A DNA stretch of 63,633 bases, the filler included, from Reticulomyxa filosa (taxonomy: Eukaryota; Protista; Foraminifera), in assembly GCA_000512085.1 (NCBI GenBank). It is 18 parts of 18 records of this genome, joined end to end, with 100 filler letters (N's around TTAATTAATTAA, not from the genome) between each part and the next. Parts side by side here need not be neighbours in the genome. Positions count along the whole stretch, not along the records: positions 48,235 to 54,331 come from ASPP01015241.1; positions 54,432 to 55,463 come from ASPP01048124.1; positions 55,564 to 61,114 come from ASPP01024816.1; positions 61,215 to 62,348 come from ASPP01024000.1; positions 62,449 to 63,633 come from ASPP01049214.1; 13 more parts are not named here. One strand, given 5' to 3'. Under the pieces are notes generated by a model, which did no database searches, was not told the origin of the DNA, and saw nothing but the letters and a program-made list of their open reading frames with translations. A program made the translations under genes and the position numbers. Positions 54,101 through 63,633 of the stretch are shown here, piece after piece. Every line of letters begins with the position of its first letter. Within the stretch, counting starts at the first letter, position 1.

Positions 54101-54180
54101 GCCAATTTCTTATTTTCAAATACAAACTGCGACTTCGAACGAATTGCATTCGTGATCACAAAGTCATGATAGCTTAGCAT
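51143..54180 (-). CDS. GRAM-domain protein with PRT_C-like membrane C-terminus (GRAMD4/MCTP-like)
   Basis: GCLYITFD and PGFVALTDRQAVF GRAM-like segments, then IQTRLGDAKIKLGKMRSIYKW...LYFIPLRW. Confidence 0.7.
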
Positions 54181-54431
54181 TTTTTCACTGTCGCTGTTCA
54201 TTTCATTGATATTATTTGTAGCTCCGTTTTTTGTTTTTTTTTCTTCCTCTATTCTCTTCTCTCTTATTCCCTTGCTTGTTTTGTACATGCATGATTTGTG
54301 ACCTTCTTTTTTTTTTATCTCCATGCACGTCNNNNNNNNNNNNNNNNNNNNNNNNNNNNNNNNNNNNNNNNNNNNTTAATTAATTAANNNNNNNNNNNNN
54401 NNNNNNNNNNNNNNNNNNNNNNNNNNNNNNN

Positions 54432-54500
54432 TTCATGAAGAAAATCAATCATCTCTATAAGGTGCCATTTTAGGTGTCAACTTTACTTTGCATTCTACTG
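54432..54500. mobile_element. Diverged right TIR of the same Tc1/mariner-type family
   Basis: TTCATGAAGAAAATCAATCATCTCTATAAGGTGCCA...TGCATTCTACTG|TA aligns with 36847-36917. Confidence 0.8.
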
Positions 54501-55463
54501 TACAAGCAATGGTATTTGCAAACAAAGTTAACTATTCGTTTAAAGATTTAATGTTATGTCTATGCAAGACATTTGGTGGTAAACATCGAGTTGCAGAATG
54601 TACAAGTGAAATTTTGCAATTCTCAACGAGATTTAACGAAGAACTAGCTGAAATCCTTTTGCGATGGCATAAAGCAAAGTTTGCGCTTACGACAGAATTG
54701 GATTATGCTGAGGAATGCAATGTACCATCATGTAAAAGGGTCAGGCCATCTGATTATACATTAATGCAGGCGCTATTGGACTCTTTGCGAGTACTAGTAC
54801 GACATCTAATCTTAAATAAAGAGCCAACATCGTTATTAGAAACGGAAAGAGTACTCCAGATGGCTCAGAATAGATTTGAAGAAGAAAGTAGATTGAAAAG
54901 AATAGAAATTGTCAAGTGATCACAAAACCGAGATTAAGAATTCAAGGAAAAATTAGAGGTTAGAAAACATGAATACATAGGAAGTAATAGTAATATACGT
55001 AGTAAGTTACTGGATCATTGATTTAATAATCGAAATAAATTCCGACAGAAAAAAATACTCCGAATTATGTAAAAGATATAACTAGAAAAAACGAAAAAAG
55101 GAGTTGGAATGACGAATGTTGGAAATGTGGATCTCATGGTCATAAACAAAAGGATTGTATGAAAGACAAAGAAGAAAATGAAGTAAACTTAATTGAAGAA
55201 CAAACTAATAATGATAGAAAACTTGATAGCTACGCACTAACTGTAGTTAGTTTAGATATTGCACTAAAATCACCAGATGCAATGCAAATACAAGTTCAAA
55301 TAAAAGAATTGGGTATAATACATGCATTAGCGGACACTGGAGCTTCAATTTGTGCTATGAAAGATTCTATTGCTCAAAAATTTAAAAATCTCATAACAAA
55401 AGATGACAGACCATTTTTGGTTGCACATGCAGGTGGTGTCATTGAATTGAGAGAAAAATTAGA
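54501..55463 (+). mobile_element. Degenerate LTR retrotransposon gag-protease (probably Ty3/Gypsy)
   Basis: CWKCGSHGHKQKDC zinc knuckle (55117-55158) in frame with aspartic protease ALADTGAS (55333). Upstream gag has a stop and frameshifts. Confidence 0.85.
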
Positions 55464-58400
55464 NNNNNNNNNNNNNNNNNNNNNNNNNNNNNNNNNNNNN
55501 NNNNNNNTTAATTAATTAANNNNNNNNNNNNNNNNNNNNNNNNNNNNNNNNNNNNNNNNNNNNATTGGAAAGAACGTTTTCAATCAACATAGGTGGATAA
55601 AAGTCTCTGCGAATAATTGTGGCGCAGCATAGGTAGTCGAAATGCAGTCTACTGGCGCCAACAAACAATGAACACTCGGATTTTTGAATCTTGATTCGTG
55701 AAACTCTTGCAGCGATGGAGTCGGAAAATACAATTAATTCTATCTCTTTCTTCACTAATCAACAATGTCCAATGTTCAATGTTCAATGCTGTGTGCCTTG
55801 CGTTTGGATGTCAATCGAGAAAGCAAGAGAAAGAAGAACAAGAGAGAATACGTCCAAAAAAGGAAGTACAAATATATCCTTCATTGGGTCGTTAATCCGA
55901 AAATTGTTGAGTGAACGCATTTGTGATTGATGCGAGAATTTCCAGCAACGACCATTATTCAAGGCCAAAAAGTGTCTATCATAGATCGGATGAATTTGGT
56001 ATTCTTGGAAATATCAATCATATGACTGCATTTGAACAGTTGAAAAAAATTATCCCAGTTCAATTATCGACGATCAGGATCTTGGAGCTTTCCGACTACG
56101 AATGCAAGTCCAGCAAAAAGGATGTAATAATATCACTCAAAATGGAAACGATATCGATATTGCGGTATCTCAACAACAACAGCAACTGGATTGGTAAAAG
56201 AAATGAAAGATAAATAAGAAGACATTGTATAAAATAAATAAGTACACATAATAATCGAGTGAGCCACTCTCGCATGGAGCTATCTTTTCAATATCGTTGC
56301 TCAATTTGGTAAAAACTCAAGCCAACATCACAATCAAACAAGAAGATAGGAGGAGAATGATGGATAGAAAGAATATTCAGATGATATAGTGTTGGATTTG
56401 TTTTAAAAAATAAAAAAGACGACTGTTGACTTTTACTTCAGTTATGAATGCTCTTCATCCCATGGTGGCGGATTTGCGCACTTTTATTTATGGACTAATT
56501 TCACATCATGCACCCCTCAATGGAAGCTTATTGACAGTTGTGACAATATCAAGCGCAGCGTCAGTGATGCTTGTAATGGTGACGACGAAATGCAGTTCAT
56601 ATCATCTCTTACTCATTTGTCAATTGTTTCAATACGTTGGATCGGTGTTTTGCGTGTCAATATTTGGGTGTCAATGCTATATTCTACGATTTGAAGAGCT
56701 AATATTGTTTCACATTTGTTACAAAAGGAGCAACACTGTGCCAGTCGATAATTGGATCGAGATTCAAAAGTCGCGCCATTATTTGACAAATCAAGAAAAA
56801 GGCATGGATATTGGCAATGTGTTGGCCCTGATGAATGGATACACGAACATCATTTTGTGTCAGCAGTCGAGCCTTCTCTCTCCCTCCCATAGACAGCGTC
56901 GATATGGCATGAATTATTTGGTTTAAAAAAAAAAAATCGAATCACTCGGATTCGAAATGTGGAAGAGTTTACAATCGACAAGACCACCACTTAAAAAAAT
57001 GGTAGCTCTAGGGGACGAGCCTTTTCAATGATGACAATTTTCCCCCAAGTCCGTCAGTCGTCCTAAAATAACAAAATACTTGATGGGAAGAGTAATCATT
57101 GAAATTGAAGCGTGCATTCGCAAGACCTCAAAAGTTACTGTTATTTTGGTTGGTCGTTTGTGCGCCTGCCCCCCTTCTGGTTACCTGACGCTATAATTCG
57201 TGTTTAGATCCATTACTTGAAAAGGTTTTTTGTGTACTTTTTTTTTAAATATGTACATATTAAAACTAATAGCAACACCTTTATACGTATATTGATTATT
57301 TATTTATGTGTTGCTTGAAATTTTTTAATAGATATTCCAAGATGTGTCAATGAAGTTTTTGAATGTGGATGGAAATATTTATGTTATTTATATTGTCATT
57401 GGTGCTGTAGCGAGTCTCCAGCGATAATGGCAATAGTAATAGCAACAGCAGCAGTATCAATATCGATGGTTGCAGTAGATAAAAGTAACACTGGCAACAT
57501 CATTGTTGAATTGTTGCTGATGATGGAAATCATGGAAGTCTCACTACAATACGCGCATTTGTCATTTCTCCAATAAAATGTATTTGTTCATTATTGAACA
57601 AATATCTATTAGTGATGACGTGCGTCGAATGTGGATCATAGTATTGCGTTTTGAATAACGTATAATTTGGGGAAAAAAAGTGAGAGGTCCATATCGTGTG
57701 TATGTGTGGCTCATGATGGATTGAAAGTAAATTGCACAATTGAAAGTGGTGAGCTGATGATCATAGTAATTATGTGTGCAACCTATATTCCAAGTTATAA
57801 TATTTTTTTTTGATGTGATTAAAATATATACAATCAATACACACGTATATAACATAGATCTCCAAAGAATACAATAATGTCTATCGAGAGATTGGAAAGT
57901 GTTTGTGATGGTTGCGGTACTAGTAAACAAAGACAAACAACGCCAAGTTGGTGAATATTTGCTTGCAAGTATTTAACGCTTGCCTCAAAATTTTTGATTT
58001 TTTGTTTGAATTATATTTTTTTAATAATAATTTCAATTCCTTCCTCCAGCTCACATGACATCTTTTATCAAATTATGCTCATCGTAAAAAAATTTTTGAA
58101 TTTTAATATTTTAAATCTTAAAGAAAGTAGAAAATGTGCAAATAATTCGATTTGATTTTCGCTTTTGTCTTTGGAAAAAACTGACAACTGGAATTAATTG
58201 CAGGTCTTCAATTGTCTAAACTTTGTATGAAGAAAAAAAAAACAAGAAATTCTTGCCGTCATGACAAAAAGAAGAACTTATAACAGAAAGGAACAAGAAG
58301 ACGACAAAAAAAAGAAAAGGAAGAGAAAGAAGAAGTAGAGTCTGAATCCAATTAAGCCAATAAGAACAAAAATGGCAGTATTGGGTAATTGGAAGTTAGG

Positions 58401-58789
58401 AAGATGCGTAAGATACGAATGAAAATGAAGAAGATCCAACAATGATGATAATGATAATTGTAATATCATTTGTTGTTTATTACATAATAAAATCATTCAT
58501 TTTTGGAATATCGAAAGTAACTATAAATTTCATCAACTGACGTTAGTAGAGTTGTTGGAATTGAATTCTCAATATTTAATGATGACCTCACATAACAATA
58601 ATACATCAAAACATCTAAATTATTTTATATTGTGATTAAATAAGGAGTGTATATGATAAAAAGATGCCAGAATATTATATTTTAAGTTCTTATGATTAAA
58701 AAATAAGGAAAAAAGAATCAAAAGCATGAAGAAAGTGGTATTAACATTATATGTATCGAACAATAATTTTTTCAATTTGCAAATCTCAA

Positions 58790-59600
58790 TGTTTGGGAAC
58801 TTCTTTTCACAATAAAGTTTGTCATCCACCACTCCTAATCCGAAGTACGACGATTGCAAACGTATTTGATGTGTTCTCGATACTTCCATGTCACAATTAA
58901 CATAAGAGAGCATGTGTGTTTTCGTCCATGTTGTGACACTTGATGGAGCAACTTATCGACTTTTTTTCATTTTCTTCAAAGGCTTCACTGCGATGACAAT
59001 TGATAATTTCACTACATTGTTTCAAGTTTTTTAAAGTCTGAAAAATTTTGAAACCTTGTCATCATCTTCTTTGCTCAGTTTTTATTGTATTTTTGTTTTT
59101 CCCATCTTCCACACCAATAATTTTTGTTTGAATCAAAGTATTCCAACTCCACAGTTGTGTCAAGTGATGAATGAGAGCACAACCAATTTTCGTTAAATCA
59201 ATTTCTTTTCTTCTTGGTATCACATGATTTTTTTTGTTTTGTTTTTGAGAAACTTTGAGATCAAAATAAGCACTTGTTCTGTCATCGCATTATTTCTTGA
59301 TCACAATGAAGAAATGTATAAAAATAAAATATTATCCACCACTGACCGATATTGGTCTAATTCATTGAGTTCGTCACCATGCTTCATTGCATTAAACTGT
59401 AACAAATTTTGTCGTCATATTGAAATGGTGTGAAGGAACCATGACAGAGAATAAGACACTTCCTACACATGAAATTGCTGTTATTAGACAAGTGCACATT
59501 CATCACCTCCTCTATTTCTTCGTATCAATACATAATCAATTCTCCCCAGTGACCAATATATTTTTCCAGAGGAACTCATATCTATAAACTTTTTCACCAA
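58790..59600 (-). pseudogene. Decayed RluA-family pseudouridine synthase fragments
   Basis: SRTHQIRLQSSYFGLGVVDDKLY resembles GRTHQIR...GDxxY. Upstream RKCLILCHG and DMSSSG remnants contain stops. Confidence 0.55.
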
Positions 59601-59769
59601 TAAATAAACAATGCATAATCGAGAGATGTTGCAAATATTTTGTAATGCCAGTTATCATGAAAAAAGAGTATTTCTTATGTGGTGGTGTTTGAATGATAAA
59701 TCAGAGTATATTTGGATGGACTTTAGTTCGTCTTTATTTACGGATTTCAATTTCACTGACTTCCGTCGC

Positions 59770-60340
59770 TTGTCGCTTTTCACATTCTCCTGTGACCATT
59801 AGACAAAAATTGTCCAACAAAATGCGAAAGATTTCTCGGTCGTCAAAGCTGACCGACTCCATAAACACAACCTTGCCAATGTCGCCTGTATCGAGAATGA
59901 TTCTATCACCGGCTTTTCACGAAGCGAGTGGTTTATCCAATAATTTCATTTGTATTGATTCCTTTCGTATAAATATATATGTATACATATTGTTCATGTC
60001 AATTTGTTCATTTGAATAAACAAAACAAAATTATAAATTATAAATTATAAATGATTATTAAAGTAAACCTGTTCGTCCTGCAGCCACTTCAACATAATCA
60101 TTTGCTTGCAAATTTTCCAAGCACTTTGCTTAATTTCTCCTTTTCAATTTCACTTTGCCAAAATCAGAAGTGTCAGAGTATCTGATAATCAAAAATCCAA
60201 ATCAGTTCAATCCAAATATTCTTTACAAAATAATGTGTATCCAAAAAAGATTTGTGATTTTCATGTTGAATTCGTCCAATTCAATGTCAAATCAATTGTC
60301 TTTCCCAATGAATTTGATCACCTGCAAAAAAGTCAACAGA
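59770..60340 (-). pseudogene. Decayed CAP-Gly-domain gene fragments
   Basis: *KAGDRIILDTGDIGKVVFMESVSFDDREIFRILLD, plus a second, more decayed copy near 60200-60330. Confidence 0.45.
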
Positions 60341-61214
60341 TTGTTTTTTCAAGCTGTCAAAAATCGATATGCAATTCGACAATTAAAAGTGCATTATGTA
60401 TACATAATATGTACGTATGTTTAAAAAAAAATAAATACCTTTTTTATTATTAGTCAATTTAATTCGATTATCAACGACATAATCACGAGCTGAATAGTAT
60501 GTGTAATCACAGTAAGTTCTTGTATGATCTTGTACTTGCCAGATCATCAACTGCTAGTTCAAATCATTGTTGTCTACAGGTGTACCATCATCAAAGTTGG
60601 TGGATCGGCGATTGTGAGTAATGGAACAGTCTTTAGCGATTTGGTCCAATGTGGCTTTGTTTACAAAATTGTTTGAAAAGATATGCAAAGAACGGATGTT
60701 TGTTTGTTACAATATTGTCTTTATTCTGTTCGTCCAGCTGTCAAAATTTTCAAAATCTGTTATCGTTGTTAGTTTCAACATACCTCTCGCTTGAAGTACT
60801 CTACGGTCTTGACGCACACTCAACCGTTGCTGTAGTGTTTCCACCACTTGTCGAAATTGTAGTGATGTCTTTCTTTTTGAGGATCTTTTTTTTTGTCAAA
60901 TCTACTTTGGAGGATCTTGACTTTAAAGACTAATTGCAAGCTTTGTTTACGTTCGTCAAGTTGACTTCTTTCCACTGTTAAGGATTCTATGGAAGAAACC
61001 TTTTTTTTAAACTGTATTTTTTGGTAAGGCCGCGATCACAATAGTTTTTTTTCACATGGTGTTGTTATTTTGGATGTCTTGGGTTTACACAGACTCTATT
61101 CTTTCTTTTTCGGCNNNNNNNNNNNNNNNNNNNNNNNNNNNNNNNNNNNNNNNNNNNNTTAATTAATTAANNNNNNNNNNNNNNNNNNNNNNNNNNNNNN
61201 NNNNNNNNNNNNNN

Positions 61215-62263
61215 ACTTAACTCCTGAACACACACATCTGGAAATCGATCCGATGGTGCTACTTGGTGTCGTAGCTGGCTTGATCCCGTATCCGCATCAC
61301 AATCAATCGCCTCGCAACACGTACCAATGCGCAATGGGCAAGCAGGCGATGGGCATCATGGCCTCCAACATTGAGGTGCGCGTGGACTCACTGCGATACG
61401 ACCTGGTGTATCCACAGAGACCCATGGTGCAGACCAAGACGATCGACTTTATGAATCTGCACAAGCTGCCCGCCGGCACCAACGCCATTATCGCAGTGAT
61501 GTCGTTTTCGGGTTACGATATCGAAGACGCCGTGATCCTGAACAAGGCGTCATTGAACCGAGGCTTTGGCCGTTGCGTGGTGAATCGCTGCGAAGAGATT
61601 AGCTACAAGCGTTATACGTATTGCGACAAGACGGACCGTCTGTCTAAGCCCACTATTAATATCAGTCGCGTGTGGATCCCCAACGATCCCAACAACAACG
61701 CCGAGAGATCGTTGGACTTGGACGGGCTAGCCTTGCCTGGATCTCGTGTCGAACCCAACCGAGGTATTCTGGCTCTCAAGTTTTCCCCAAAAGACACTCG
61801 TCCCAAGACGTCGATGAATTCCAGACCGTCGCCATCATCGTTACCGTCATCATTATCATCATCATCATCATCATCATCGTCGTCGTCGTCGTCGTCATCG
61901 ACATCATCGGCAGAGAAGTCTCTGCCGACTACAGCTCCTGTGTCCGAATACTATCGCACCAATCTACAGTGGAGTCATGACAACCCTGCCTTTGTGCAGC
62001 GCGTCATTTGCACTAACAACGAAAAGAACAACCTGACCGTCAAGGTCCTGCTGCGCGAACATCGCATTCCCGAGCTGGGCGACAAGTTCAGCAGTCGACA
62101 TGGACAGAAGGGCGTGTGCGGACTCATTGTCAACCAAGAGGATATGCCGTTCAGCGACCAAGGCGTGTATCCCGATCTGGTCATGAATCCCCATGGCTTC
62201 CCTAGTCGAATGACTGTTGGAAAAATTATTGAATTGCTCACCGGCAAAGCTGGAATTTTACAT
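61215..62263 (+). CDS. RPC2: RNA polymerase III second-largest subunit, internal exon
   Basis: LIPYPHHNQSPRNTYQCAMGKQAMG, SGYDIEDA, GDKFSSRHGQKG and NPHGFPSRMTVGK (Pol III-type variants). Confidence 0.93.
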
Positions 62264-63633
62264 GTCAATATACATACATATATGTATATGTTTATATCGA
62301 TTATGCTTTGAACATTTAAACCTTTTTTTTTTTTTTTTTTATTTTTTTNNNNNNNNNNNNNNNNNNNNNNNNNNNNNNNNNNNNNNNNNNNNTTAATTAA
62401 TTAANNNNNNNNNNNNNNNNNNNNNNNNNNNNNNNNNNNNNNNNNNNNATCTTTTTTTTTGCTTTCTTGATTGCCACCAACACGTCGTCCGTATTTCATA
62501 GCGATCCCGGAAGAAGTTCAGCAGAGATAACAGGCGCTTACTCGACAAACGCAATTCCAAAACGCTTGCGGTAATGGAGGCAGAAAATGCAACCGACTAT
62601 ATCTCTTTCTTCATCAATCAGCGATTCTCAACGTCGACCCCATCCAAGTTGTGCATTTGCGTAAGCACACAAACAGTTTCTGTGCGATCTATGTTTTAAC
62701 AAACTTAAGTTCATTTTCATAACGATAAAATTTTCATTGTTCTTTGACGCTGGCAGGTCGCATTTCGATACCATTTTTGGTGCTGTGCCACATCAAGAGT
62801 TATCAGCAGGACTTTTTTGCATCTAAGTTGGCAAACAAATCTTTCTACTGCTTCGAGTTGCAATTGCCGGACATCAACAAACTCCTTTAGTATTTTTCAT
62901 TGGAGCACAATATGTGAAGATAGCCCACGCACACGAGTGGCGAAATTGCGCTTTTCCTGGACGCGAAGAAAAATTCATAACCAAGTTCGACAATGCCGCA
63001 GACTACTTTTTTTTCTTTCACAAATCCCGTTATTGGAAATTGTCGAACAGGCGCTTTGCAATGATTAGAACGATTTAAATTGGCGATCCATTGTTCTCCA
63101 AGTGCTGGAACAATTGAACGAAGATAATAATTTTTTATTCATCTCCATTCACCAACGCTCACTGCACTCACTATCCCTACAATCAGCAAAGTTGCGAATA
63201 CGCGCACGTACCCACTTTGATATTGGCGACCGATCTCCTCTGCTACATTATTGACGCCCATAAAAATTGGTTCCAATTTCCACAACGGTATAATCAATAT
63301 TGTTCGTCGGCACCTGTCGGTAGACATTCAACAACCAAACAAAGTAATTTAAACTATTTTTTCTTTCTTTAATAAATACCAAACTTTGGAATCCTCTTTC
63401 TCCTCCAACTTTTTCTCATCCAATGATTTAGCTAGTTTTGCTAGCTTCTCCACAACGTTTGGCCACTTCTACTTTGTCAATTGTTCGTGCGTGTGGCCAA
63501 CGCACTCTTTCCAAGTTTTCAGGGCACAAATCCCTTTTTTTGCAAATTTCTTCACTTTTTTTTTTTCTCTTTTTTTATTCTTTTTTACATTTTTTTTCTT
63601 TTTTTTTCTTTTTTTTTCTTTTTTTTTCTTTTT

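Noticed and set aside
8197-62448. Recurring TTAATTAATTAA flanked by N runs as a biological repeat or CRISPR-like array
   Set aside because: It is an exact 100-nt assembly spacer. Adjacency of genes across spacers has no biological meaning.
99-63327. Most short antisense and overlapping ORFs, and Phe/Lys/Tyr-Ile-rich ORF tails in the track
   Set aside because: They are shadows of real exons or read-through into poly-T, poly-A and TA-repeat introns.
62449-63633. Coding gene in the last contig
   Set aside because: Minus-strand coding-like stretches contain in-frame stops and no recognisable motif.
1-63633. tRNA, rRNA, telomeric repeat or CRISPR features
   Set aside because: None recognisable by eye. 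A tRNAscan or Infernal run would be needed to exclude small RNAs.

Overview
This window is not one locus. It is a pseudo-scaffold of 18 short contigs joined by 17 artificial 100-nt spacers (N44-TTAATTAATTAA-N44). Seventeen contigs are AT-rich eukaryotic DNA with short introns, homopolymer runs and many decayed gene fragments. The gene families (42-aa TPR arrays, WD40, Kelch, CAP-Gly, caspase-like C14) resemble the foraminiferan Reticulomyxa (Rhizaria); this is recognition from memory, not a search. One contig (29922-31061) is GC-rich bacterial DNA. Recognisable housekeeping genes include a GT10 fucosyltransferase, CCR4/PDE12-like EEP nuclease, NT-C2 protein, HRD1/gp78-like RING ligase, kinase, Rab, PEX5, PEX11, UTP15, TBC/TLDc, Alba, ATG11, GRAM/PRT_C and RPC2. 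Main result: ORFs that the track lists separately at 22541-25980 can be spliced into a single PB1-like/TPRx9/helical/PB1-like/caspase gene. A paralog (40751-42021) carries the same caspase cassette joined by a phase-0 intron to a Kelch-type blade instead. This suggests an exon-shuffled sensor-caspase family, a candidate immune or cell-death system. Other highlights are a Crinkler-like NTPase + PD-(D/E)xK nuclease gene, a 1047-bp Tc1/mariner-type MITE with a related end inside a retrotransposon gag, and an unusual intron architecture (U at donor +4, T-rich 5' half, A-rich 3' half).
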